This document shows, one piece after another, positions 34,423 to 46,448 of a stretch of 64,000 bases of DNA (its first letter is position 1; each line of letters begins with the position of its first letter). The DNA is from Macrostomum hystrix (lineage: Eukaryota; Animalia; Platyhelminthes), in NCBI GenBank assembly GCA_950097015.1, contig CATNEN010000039.1, positions 12,524,001 to 12,588,000 on the forward strand. Reading direction: 5' to 3'. The notes beneath the pieces are model-generated. The model saw nothing but the letters and a program-made list of their open reading frames with translations, was not told the DNA's origin and searched no databases. The translations under genes were made by a program, and so were the position numbers.

Positions 34423-37280
34423 TCAAACATTCAGCTCCAGCAGGCAGGCAGTCAGCGTCACCACAAACTGCAGGCGTCTCCCGGCATCCTCCGTCAGTGT
34501 CTCCACGGTCGACCTCACCAGCTCGGCAAAGTTCGCCGAAGCCAGCTCTCGAATACAAGCGAGTCGTGACTCATCATCGCTTCTCAGTTCTCCAGCAGCA
34601 ATTCGGAAAGCAAATTTCAGCATCGAATTGAGTAGCTTTTTAAGCAGACCGTGTTGGGGTTGAAGAAGCAGGTCAGACTCCAGCTCCCGGACGCACAGCT
34701 CAGCCCAACTGGCAGCGTCATCCGGAGAACAGGGAGTAGCAGCGAGGCTGGAGCTCAGCTCAGAACTCTCGTCAGCTTCGGTAGGAGTCCTTTCGATCAC
34801 CTTCAGCATGGGGTAGGGCGACTTCTCCAGCGGGAAGTACACGAACATTTCTAGGCGCTTGCCTGGATCATAGTCGCTAATAGGTGCGTAGGTGAAGCCA
34901 CGAAGGCTTTTCGTCGCAGGATGGGCGTCAGTGAACAGCAGATGAACGGGAGCTTCTTGTCCAGATTCTACTATGATGTGGTCCCAGGTATTCAGGCACT
35001 GGAGATCGGTGATAACCTCTTGCTCATCTGCGGGCTGGTTGGAGGCGTTGTTGGAGCTGGCAGACAGTAGAGCGGCGAGCTCCACGAGACCGGGTCGTGT
35101 CAGGCCCCGCAGCCAGGTGCAGAAGTCTCTGTGTGAAATTCCGTAGCCAAGGTGCCGATCTGATGCGTTGACGAGAGAGGCGCCAAGCAAAATGGCGGTC
35201 GTGTCGCTCAGAACTTGCGCCGTCGAGCCGACTGGCTCCTGGAGGATGCGGCACACCCGCCTGATGCAATTTTTCGAACTTTCGTAAGAGACTGTCAGCA
35301 TTTGCACGGTCTTCGGCTGCCAAGTAACTGCTGTGAGGCTCAGGTGGGCCATGTCGACACACTCGTCACAGGGACATATCTTTAGGAGGCGTGCAGTTTG
35401 AAGGCTCGGCTCAGCAGATTGTGGGACGTCCTGCTGTAGGTTCAGGTGTCCCTGACCCAGAACTGGCAAAGTGACCAGCAAGCTGATACCGGTCACTGGT
35501 CCAAAATGTCTAGGAGAATTCGACTTGTGATTAACGCAGCACCAGCGAACAAGGTCACGCGAGCTGCTCCATGCGGCTGAGTATCCGGCAGTCCCTAGTC
35601 GAGCTCTGGCTCTCTGCAGGACTTGCTCTCTAGTACTCAGCTTCTCTGCGTCAGCTTGGAAACGGAGCGTACTAAATACGTGACCCGATGCTGAGACACG
35701 CAGTGTATCAACGCTCATTGCGTCCCCTGCGAAGCAAATTACCTCCAATGACGACTCGTCAGTCGATTTATTCAGCTTGTTGACGATAGCATGGAGTCCT
35801 GGCACTGTGGCTTCAAACGGATGCGTATCAGTTTTCTGACGGATGCAAACGGCGTCGCCTGGTTGTAGATCGGCAAAATCACCAACCGTGTGCTCTTCAA
35901 ACATCGGAACGTCGCTCTTCCATTGCCTGAGAATCGGGCACTGCAAATCAGGCTCGCTGTGCCGGATCAAATGGACTTGCTGATGCTTCTCCGTGTCCAG
36001 CACAACGTGCACTTCACTTGTAGCCTGAGCTGGATTCAGAATCAACGGTCCATACTGCAGAGTCTCAACTCTAAATGAACGATCTTGCTGAGATTTCCGA
36101 CGTACAGACAGAACTATTTGAGCTCGTCCCTGCCTAGAAATCAGGTAACCGGGAAGCAACTGAGCAGCTTCGATACCAGCTTCCCGGTGATCCCTTGGCT
36201 CGGCGCAGACTCCGGTGGCAAGAAAGGCGATCGCCTGCAGGTCGCTGCACTCCCAGGACAGGCAGGCACCAGACAACTTTTCAACTCCCTGGCGGACTTC
36301 CGCCATCTGGAACGGCACGTGCAGTCGCACAAGTGGATCATCATCGTCAGGCCCGATGCTGAACGAGCTTCTCGTAAACGCGCAAAGATTCGCAACCGCT
36401 GACGTTTCAGCAACTATCGACAGGACAAGCCAACGATTTTCGACGTCTAATGATTTTGCTTCGCTAACAACAGCATGAAATTTGCGGTTGCAGAAGGACA
36501 TCCAGGCATGATCAGCCGGTCGGATTTTGTGCAGCTGCAGCGGAACGTGGCAGTCGTCTTTGTTCCTCTGACAGTCGCGCACTCGACACCACACAGCCAG
36601 GCTGTGGGCATTGTTACTAGTGGGATGATGTTGCGTCTCGCCGAAGCGACTCTTAGCTCTGGCCAGCGACTCATTGGCAGAGTAGAGCACGGAATTAGGA
36701 AAGGTGTGCAGCCAAGCCTTGGAGCTGGTGCAATCAATGATGAAGTCCTCGCGCAGCACAGTCACAGGGTCGAGCAGCCTCAGCCTGCCGTAGTGGATCG
36801 CTCGCACGGCCAGCTGGTTGTCGGCAGCTGAGTACCGGCAGCTCTCTACGACCAGCTTGTGCGGCAGCGTGTAGTAGGACACGTTTAGAACGTCACCTGT
36901 ATTAGTAGTGTATACGAGCGTAAGTTAGCTAAGTGTGAAAGAATTATACATTTTTCGAAAAAAAAGTTTGGTATCATTCAGTATAACAGCAAATACAACT
37001 ACTAAAAATTGTGATTCTCACCAGCACTGATCCTCTTTGCCACCTCAGTTGTAATAACTTCGTGATTTTCACTTGGCACCTGCGTGGCTGCCAGACGAAT
37101 GCTCAACTGCCACCGCGGCTCCTCTAGCACAGCCCTCAGCCAGGGACTGCCAACAATGGCTCGCCTGAGCAGCCAGAACTGTTGCTCTCGGGTCATCCTG
37201 GTGCGCCTTTCCTGTTCGTCCAAGATGCGCTGAAGCTGCAGAGCCAGCTGCTGAAGCTGCGGGTCCGCCTGGTCTGCCAT
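34423..37280 (-). CDS. ~910-aa protein with tandem degenerate LRAT/PLAAT (NlpC/P60-like) domains; exons 37280-37022 and 36896-34423
   Basis: Phase-1 GT-AG intron joins the 92-aa and 819-aa ORFs. Motifs AGDVL..PH..AIHYG..SLARAKSRFGE..NNAHSLAVWC and LQPGDAV..LHAIV..QVLQRARARLG..Y..SSRDLVRWC. Confidence 0.7.
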
Positions 37281-38091
37281 GTCAGTCGGGCCTCTCTGCC
37301 CATTAAGAATATTGTGCTAGGAAAGTTATGAGTACCTTGTTTATAGTTTTCTAATAAGACGCATATTTCTCAGTTGTAGGCAAGAGGCCCAGTTAAACTG
37401 TACGTTTCACAAGAAACTCTGAGCTGCATGTACAGTTAGTTCTGTATTTTACCCGGGTAGACTTTTTTCTATAGCCTTCGCTGTTGAAATTCAGCGCAAG
37501 TGCACGAACGTAGGGCAGTGTGTGGGGTGCCGGCACATTGGTTGATAAGCATACAGAGTAGAACTAAATGCGAGTATATAAAGTACAGTGTTTGCAATGT
37601 GCACAGATTTTCGTTTCTCATGTAGGGTGGTCTGAATGGTAGAATGGAACTGTAATTCTCGCAGCCAGGTAGGGCGCACTGATCAGCTGGTTTAAGTTGT
37701 AATTCTGGCCTTCCCGTCAGCGTTACCTCGACACAAGTCTGTTGCTCTGCCTTTCCAATGAGCTTTTGAGCATCAAAACACTATATGTGACCCTGTTTCT
37801 GGCGTCTGTCATCGCGTAAAAATTATTTCCTAGCTTCCAGATTAATTCCATTTTTTACTTTTTTCGTCAGATAGTCGCGTTCTGGTCGGTGCGAATTGAG
37901 CTCAGACCTGGTAGCTTTGAGCTTTAAAATTTCGGACTAGATCTTACTGATGTAAAGGGTGATGGCTCTGAGAGTTGCATACTTGTTAGATATGCCACCT
38001 TCTTTTAGATGTGTCATCCCATTGTACTGGAAAGATGTGACCCATATTTTTAAAGGCTTTGATATTGGTTTTCAACTTCTATTTCAAACCA

Positions 38092-38318
38092 AGTAACTTC
38101 AATTTCGTCCGCGTGGAGGGGGATGCTCGTGTGTACCCGATTAGTAACTTCAATTTCGCCCGCGTGGAGGGGGATGCTCGTGTGTACCCGATTAGTAACT
38201 TCAATTTCGCCCGCGTGGAGGGGGATGCTCGTGTGTACCCGATTAGTAACTTCAATTTCGTCCGCGTGGAGGGGGATGCTCGTGTGTACCCGATTAGTAA
38301 CTTCAATTTCGTCCGCGA
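38092..38318 (+). repeat. 51-bp tandem repeat (~4.5 copies)
   Basis: Unit AGTAACTTCAATTTCGYCCGCGTGGAGGGGGATGCTCGTGTGTACCCGATT. Confidence 0.95.
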
Positions 38319-38793
38319 GACCAGCCTGCCCAAGTTAGGGTAAATCAATTTCACAAAATGTAACATGTTTGTCTCCCACTTTGGTGTCTTGCCTGAGACG
38401 TCAAATATATATTGAAAGTACAGGCCCATCAAGGCCTATATTAATGTTGGAAGCCGGATGAAAAAATGCAAGACGAAATAGAAGTTACTTAGTTTGAAAT
38501 AGAAATTGAAAACCAATAAACATCACGGAAAGTTACAAGAACAAATTCGTCATATTATTGTATAAATTCAAACGCAAATTTGTTTTTACTATATATACTT
38601 AGAAGTCAAATAAGCAATCGAAATAGTAATCTAAGGCGTCCAAGTAAAGTTTTCTCTCGAGCCAGAACTCTCGCTAGGAGGGAGTTCTTGTTGCCATAGT
38701 AACAGCAAAGTGAGAGTTTCATAGATAAAAACATAAATAAAAAGTCTAGGCACAATCTGAGCGCGTGTTCCGTTCGTGTCGGTGCGATCCTCA

Positions 38794-41700
38794 TCACTCG
38801 GCCTGCTGTTGTACAGGCTCAGCCGAATTCGCTGGCTGGTCACCGCCCTCAGCAGCGGCGCCGCCTTCTTCGCCAGACTTGTCAGCGGAACCTGGGATTG
38901 ATAAATGGCGATAGGATGTCAGAATGTCAGCTGTCAGAATCTGCACTGCTATGCCGGGCCCTGTACGCTCGTAACTGTGGGCTGCGAAATCTTTCGATGG
39001 ATTTTTGAAATCCATTTGACACGATTAGACACTTCTTAAAGACTTCAGACACCTGTTAAAGACTTCAGACACCTGTTAAAGACTTCAGACACCTGTTAAA
39101 GACTTCAGACACCTGTTAAAGACTTCAGACACCTGTTAAAGACTTCAGACACCTGTTAAAGACTTCAGACACCTGTTAAAAACTTCAGACACCTGTTAAT
39201 GACTTCTGACACCTGTTAATGACTTCAGAAACCTGTTAAAGACTTCAGACACCTGTTAAAGACTTCAGACACATGTTAATCACTTTATACACCTGTTAAT
39301 TACTTCAGACACCTGGTAGAGGCTTCAGGAGAACTAAAATTTGTTATAATCAACTTATCTCACAGTCCAAAAGATACCCAAGAGAACTTTTGCTCGCAGT
39401 TATCTCACCTTCGCCCTCGCCAGCAGCTTCGGCGGCCTTTTTCTCCTCCTCGAGACGTTTCTCCTCCTCCACCAGCTTCTGGTTGACGTCCTGGATGGCC
39501 CGATTGATAGCGTCGATGGCGAGACCGTTGTCAACGATTTTCGCTTGCTCCAAAGCGCTCTCAAAGTTGTTCACCGCACTGCCATAATTCTTCAACCGGA
39601 CCTCGCACTGGGCGACCTGAGAGGGTACAGGTTATCGACAGGTAAGTATACTTGACAAGGTTGGCAAACTGCTCGAGTAACTATACCTTTTTTTTAAGTA
39701 ATGAATGCTTCCTCATCTTTTTAGTAACTACAAATACATTTTCAGAAATGAATAGCAATACGAGTACAAAGACTCGATAATCCACCAGCACGTTATGGGG
39801 TGAGTGGCAGAGCGGTTAACTCAAGGTCCCTGAGCTCGATTCACGGCCAGGCCACATTAAATTGGGGCGCAGCCGAGGAGAGACGGCTTTGGGGGGCTTT
39901 TCGTGCAATTTACGACCCTGAGGGCCAACCTCCAAGGCACAGTGAAAGTGTAAACTGCCTGACAATGAGAAAGTCAGGGCAGATGTACACAGGGCTGTGA
40001 GCGTGTGCTCAGGAGTCAGCAAAATGGACAGAAACTGGCTGCGTGTCTAGTGTCACCAAATGATGTGCGATTGGCGGCAGCCCTTTAGCAACTATTAATT
40101 ATTTTAATTAATAAATACTTCGTCATGTTTTCAGGAACTGCAGATTCGATTTCAGACATGAATTGCGTTACAAAGGCTTGGCAAACCCACCAGCACGTTG
40201 GTGTTTAGCAGCCACTGGTTGTCGCCCATTTGATTAGCATAGTTTAGCGCCTTCTCAGCCAGAGCTTTAGCCTTGTCGAACTCTTTCAGCTCCAGATAGC
40301 AGCGGCTAATCTCGTGATGCAGCCAGGTGGATTCCATCGGGGTGAGACTCTTCGAGCCTTGCAGGCGTCGCTCCCAGACCTCGATGGCCTCCTTGTAGTT
40401 GCCCTGCTTGGCCAGCACTCGGCCGATGTTGTCGCCGGAGCGGGCCAGCGATTCCTCGATGCCGTGCTCCTCGCCGATCTTCTGGTCGGCCTGGTGACTG
40501 GCCAGCGCCTGGTCGTACCTCTCCAACTCGAACTGTGAGTTGCCAATCAGAGAATGCAGGGTGGCGCGGATGCCTTCGCGGTTCTGCAGCTCCTCTGGCG
40601 TCCACTTCTCGACTGTGCGGAGCAGCCGCGTGGCCTGCTTGATGGCCGCCTCGTGCTCGCCTGCCGTCTGTGAGGGATGGGATGTGGGATTCAATGGAAG
40701 GTGAAAGGGGTTCAAGGGTTGGAGTATGGGATTCAAGGGTTGGAGTATGGGATTCAAGGGTTGGAGTATGGGATTCAAGGGTTGGAGTATGGGATTCAAG
40801 GGTTGGAGTATGGGATTCAAGGGTTGGAGTATGGGATTCAAGGGTTGGAGTATGGGATTCAAGGGATGGAGTATGGGATATGGGAAAGAAGAATAAGCAA
40901 TTAAGGCAGCTAGGTTTAGTCCATCTCACCTGTTTGTTCTCAATCTCATCCAATGAGGTGACAACGTATTTTCCAGCGCTACTCTTGTCCTTCTCAGCCG
41001 CATCGCGCAGGGCGGACTTCTTTCGGCTGTACAGCGGCTTCTGCTGCTGCCAGAACTCCGACCTGCTGTCCAGGTAATTCAGGCCCTCAATGCACAGGTC
41101 CTGAATCTTCTCACTGTGCTCAGTTTTTCTGGCCTTAGCCGACTCCTCTCGAAGCAGCTTCTCCAGGTACTCCCTATCGGCGTACAGGTCGCCGAGCATC
41201 TTCTTGATGGTCTTGGAGTCCGCTGGCGGCTTGTTCCGCTGAGCCCGCTTCGGCCCGGTGTCCTCCTTCTTCGGCTTCTGATAGCTGGACCTGGCAGCGG
41301 GTCTCTTCTTCTGCAAAAGAGGGCGCGGCTAGGGTGAGCACACATTTCAGAGGTGCTCAAATGTTGCATCAAGATCCTGAGGTCGAATCTGGGACGAGGC
41401 CACATTCATTTTGAGGCTTGGAGGTCTTGTCGAGGAATTTGCCGCTTTGAAGAGGGCTAGCAAGTGAGAGTGTACACTGTCCTGACGGTGAGAAAGTCGT
41501 GGCGGATGTACACATCTGTGTGCGAGTGTGCTTGAGTGCGCTCAGAGGCCAGTGGAATGGACAGAGTTGCCTACTCGCTTTCTTACCGATCGAAATTTTT
41601 CTTCGATTTTTTAAAAACGATTTCAAAAAGCCAAATATTCCTATGGGTTAGTACTGTACTGAAAAAATAACAATAAATTAAGCGAGACTGAAGCGACCGA

Positions 41701-44700
41701 ATTTTAAACTTCTTAAAAAAGGCACCAAATAAAATTTAGCGGAATTTGAGATTGTGACTTTTTAACAGTAGAAAGACCACACTGGTAACTTCCCATTTTT
41801 CGTTTTTCTGAATCTCTGTTTCTGAAAATCCTTAACACGGACAGAATTTTTCGATTCTATCCGATGAAACAACTTCCAGAAGCACAAAACATCGGCATCG
41901 TCGAGATATTCAACGATTCTCGACGGGGTGTGTGGTGGCAAAATCCACCAATATAGGCAGAGTTATTTCCATTTCTATTGTACTATACTGATTATATTGT
42001 TAATTTTTTATCATTGAACTAATGTGGATTCGTAGGGGTCGGTGGCAGAGCGGTTATCGCGTTTGCCTCTCGCACAAAGGTCCAGCTCGATGCCACGGCG
42101 AGGCCACATTTATTTGGGGCGCAGCCGCGGAGAGAAGGCTTTGGGGGCTTGTCGTGCAGTTTACGCCCTTGAGGGCCAACCTCCAAGGCACAGTGAAATG
42201 TACACTGCCTGACAATGAGAAAGTCAGGGCAAATGTACACAGGGCTGTGTGAGCGTATGCCCTGCGTACAGTATCTGTGTGCGTGTGCTCAGGAGTCAGC
42301 GAAATGGGCAGAATTGCCTCCTCGATGGCTGCGGGTCTAGTGTCACCAAATGATGTGCCATTGCCCGCAGCCCTCCTGCAATTACTATTATTATCATGGA
42401 TTCGTCATAGAGGCTTACATCGACGATGCTGAGTCGGATGGCTTTAAAAATTAGTTCATCGGAAAAAAAATTATCTATGGCAGACTTTCATGATATAATT
42501 ATTCGGTTATTCGGTTTGGGAGCTATCGTGAAATAGGCAGTGGGTATTAAAAATCTCCCCAGGTGAGAAATAGCGTATTATTTTTACTGTTGAAGCCTCA
42601 TTATAGTCTTTCAGGGAATAGCAGGCATAAACGAAACATAAACGAAAAAAAATATTTAAGAAGCTTGACTAATATCATCGATCATTGTCATCTACTGGGT
42701 TTACGAGAACTCGGTCTATTCGATAGCTGTGACAAAATACGAGTTTTCTTCTTCTATTGGAGTTCGAGTTTAGTGTGCAGCTATGGTGGCAAGAACCGGC
42801 ATTATTAATTAAGAATACGAAACTAAAAAGTCTGAGGTAATTAAGCTAATGAAATTTACCTCGTTACTCATGCCATTCTTCTGAAATAAAAGAACATACA
42901 TATTAGTTTTTATATCATGAATTCTTGTTTTCGCATAAATATGAGTTCGTCAATAATATAGTACGGCCATAGACTAAAGCAAAAGCATTATTTGTTAGCG
43001 TACTCTTTACCTTGGTTAGTTACATATCAAGTAATATAACAATTAGTTACCATTTATGATTTTAGCTATATAATATTATTATTCCGAAAAATATTTGTTA
43101 AATGAAGGCGGAACCGCCTTATCGTCAGAAAAAGAAAATCTTCATCGATTCCTCGATTTATATAATTTATTTTAACCAACTTTATAACTACTTGCTAGAC
43201 TTTTGTCAGAGCTAAAAGTACATTCGCATTTGCGCTGAGTTTGTTAGACCGTATCTCGGCAGCACTAATTAGATTAGAACAACAAAAGCACCAGACCTGT
43301 GCGTCCTTAGCGACGGCATTGGATGGCTTAGCAACGGAATTGGCATAACTGCCGTTTTCCTGTTTTGTGTCTGCAAACTAAATTAGCAAAAAAATTGCCG
43401 CGGGGCAATGGGTCTGTAAAATTATTAAGTTTTAGCGCATCGCAAGCCGAAAAATCAATAATTTCCAAAGCGATTATTTAGTAAAAAATGAATAAAATTG
43501 TCGGTGAAAATATGAAATGTTTGTAAACCACAAAGTGCTGCTTATGCCAAACTCAGATTACTGTTTAGTAAAAAAAACTAAGTTAGCAAACACGCAAACA
43601 ACGAATAAGTGCACGCCTCATTAGTACTACTGAGAAAACAAATAACTTTAGTAGTATGTAGTGAACATTTCTGATTTTCTTGCTTTTTACCTCTTCGGCA
43701 GCGTAGAAAAAAGACAGATCGCCGTCTGACCTCAGCTTGATGACCGATGGATCTGGTTAAATTTGTGCGAAATTTGTATAGTTTTATAAGTTAAACGTTA
43801 CATTCATGCATGGAGCAATGTCTCACCCCCGACGCTGTTGTTAATGGCCTCCTCGGCTTTCTGGATGCCCAGCCGGAATTCCTGCATCTCGGGCCGCAGC
43901 TTGTGACCGCGGTGATAAAATACCAGCGCATTCTCAAAGTCGCCTTTGAAGTACAGAACCTCGGCTTTTTGGAAGATACCCTGCAGTTTACAACAGTAAA
44001 CTAGCAATATAAATATTTGTTTATTAGAATGGTTGCTAAGTAAAATCTGCAAATTGGTTTCTTGCGTTTCGTCACCTTATGAAATGTGGGCTCCTCCTTG
44101 AGGCTCTCCTCGGCATCAGCCAGCGCCTTTGCGATGTTTCCCTCATTTAGATAGCACTTTGACCGGTTGACTAAGCAATACTGGTCGCTTGGCTTCAGCT
44201 CTAGTGCCTAGCAACAGGTCGGTTTTAGCGATTTTTTAGTTTAATATGTTTTTGTTTAAAATATGAACTAATAATATTTTTTGCTCAAAACTATGCTGCC
44301 AATAATTACCTATATTCGTTTACAATATATATTTATTCAAGGAACACAATAGAAAGCATATATTACAAGTATTATAACAAAATAGTTCTGTATCAAAATT
44401 AAATGTAATTATAAAAATTAAGAATTAATTGGTACTTGTACTTACAAACAAGTATACATGAGCGCTAATCTAATTCTAGTGTCTCGTTTAGTGTCTATTC
44501 TAAGCAAATAAAGAATCCTTCGCTACACAAGACACACTCATATGATTAACAAAAAATTTACAAAAAATAAATTTATTATATTTTGGCTTTATGTAATGTC
44601 ATTATGAATACTTTTGTGAGAATATAAAGAAGAAGAAGTGAGCGAGTATAAGCGGTTTAGCCAAAATCTTTCAAAAATAAAATAATCAACATAACTTTAT

Positions 44701-44898
44701 GCCGACTGCATGCGTACTTTAATACGTATTTCAGCACTTTATAACTACAAAGTTTATTACCTGTGTGTAGCACTCAATTGATTTAACGAAGTTCTTGTTC
44801 CGAAATTGAGAATCACCTTCAGCTCTATATATCTCAAATGTGCTCTTCGGAATCTTTCCATGATCTGACTCTGACCCGGCGTCGTCTTGCCTCGGCAT
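38794..44898 (-). CDS. ODAD4: Outer dynein arm docking complex subunit 4 (TTC25, TPR protein); exons 44898-44761, 44207-44076, 43980-43827, 43752-43691, [43359-43297], [42880-42860], 41310-40930, 40667-40191, 39616-39409, 38891-38794
   Basis: STFEIYRAEG, CLVNRSKCYL, ALVFYHRGHKLRP..FRLGIQKAEEAINNSVG, LGDLYADREYLEKLL, FWQQQKPLY match TTC25; all introns GT-AG and in phase. Confidence 0.9.
39026..39315 (+). repeat. 20-bp minisatellite in last ODAD4 intron
   Basis: Unit GACTTCAGACACCTGTTAAA. Confidence 0.95.
39795..40090 (+). mobile_element. SINE-like family B
   Basis: Similar to 42035-42390 along most of its length. Confidence 0.7.
40688..40880 (+). repeat. 21-bp minisatellite in ODAD4 intron
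   Basis: Unit GGGATTCAAGGGTTGGAGTAT. Confidence 0.95.
42035..42395 (+). mobile_element. SINE-like family B, longest copy
   Basis: tRNA-like A box GGTGGCAGAGCGG, internal hairpin TGTACACTGCCTGAC..GTCAGGGCAAATGTACA, (TTA)n-like tail; diverged copy at ~41390-41570. Confidence 0.7.
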
Positions 44899-46448
44899 TT
44901 TATCTCTGTTTGACTGGCAATCTGAAAGTAAGCTACAATAAGTGATGAAAATTGATATAACAGACACAGCAAAAGTTTATTTTTGAGCAAATACTAAAAA
45001 AGCGAAGGTGTCATAGAAACAGGTGTGTTTTACCTGAAAGTTCAAAAGTGTTAATTTTAATCTTTTTTATACATAAATCAGTTTGGAACTGATGCATTTT
45101 TATGCTTTTTTTTACAAAGAAGGAGGAATGAAAGATTTTATTGTTTTATTTTACTGTTTTAATTCTCAGCAAAGACGGAACTTTTCACATTTTTAATACG
45201 AATCCAAAACGTGACGTATAAGAAGAGTCCAATTTTCAAGTTCTCTAAATAACTTTTGTATGGAAAACTTCTAAAACCGCAACAGTGGTTTTTGTTTCGA
45301 ACTTTTACCGTACATGAGATATCCATTGTTCTTTCGTTTCTCATACACCTAATTGAAATATACTGAAATAAAGAAATAGAACATCGTATCTCGCGCAAGG
45401 ACTACTTAAGTATCGTCTACTTAAGTAGTCCTTGATCTCGCGATTACCGTTTATCTTTTTTGCTCTTGTCTCGCACTCTTGCACTATTTACAATTGTAAC
45501 AGGGCTTAACGATCTATCTTCCTCTCTGTTAGTAGGCCTAGCGTATCATTCGTTACGAGCGGTTTATCCTTGTAAGTCACTGGTCCTTTCTAGGCTTTTT
45601 CCGTATATCAGAGGGTCACAGCATTAAGTAACCAACTCGACACTCAAGCACTATTTTCTTTTTTATATTCAATTACTCAACAAGTTTATTCGCTTGTCGC
45701 CACACTGGCGACATCTTTGGGTGCGTTCGAGTAGCTAAAAATGACTTAAATTTTAACCTCTTTAAAAAAAACTAAGGCTTAACATGCAGACTAAATGTCG
45801 AAATAAAGTAAAATGATTACAGCTGAATGATTGAGTAGAATGAATTAATAATTAGTCTTTACATTCTGGTCCTAAAATAGTGTAGTTTTGATATAAGATG
45901 AACAGTAGCCCTATGCGCGCAAATTTGACATGCAAACATGTACGCGTATTTTATTTAGAATGTGTACTTGCACCCCAGTTTTTTTCAAATATATTAGCAA
46001 ATGTGCGAAAATTGAATTATTAAAAGCAGTATACTTCAGTAATAGATAAAAGCCTCTGTAGTTTAAAAAATTATTGGCTTCTGGGATTCGAACCAGTCCA
46101 CTCGATTGCGCAGAAAGTCTCTTATCGATTAGGGGCCTGAATAAAGCTAGAAATAAAAAAATGTACGTGGTTAAGAATATTAATTTAAATGCATATATCT
46201 TTGCTCCGAAGGAACTTTGAGAGCTGTAATTTAATTTATTCGATGCAAAATTAGAAGACGAATCCAGTGATATATTTATTAGTAATTAAATATAAATATT
46301 TAATTTCGATAGAGACATTCTGATTTCAATTAAATCATTAAAAATACTGGATATTTTTTCAGTACTTAAGGAGAAATAATCTAAAAACTTTTTTGATCCG
46401 CGGAATTTCAGTACAACTACACATTTACGTCTTCATTGAAACAATGGT

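Noticed and set aside
40670-40904. VGVWDSR / SHTPTLE / NPILQPL repeat ORFs
   Set aside because: 21-bp intronic repeat between ODAD4 exons that splice cleanly at 40930 and 40667.
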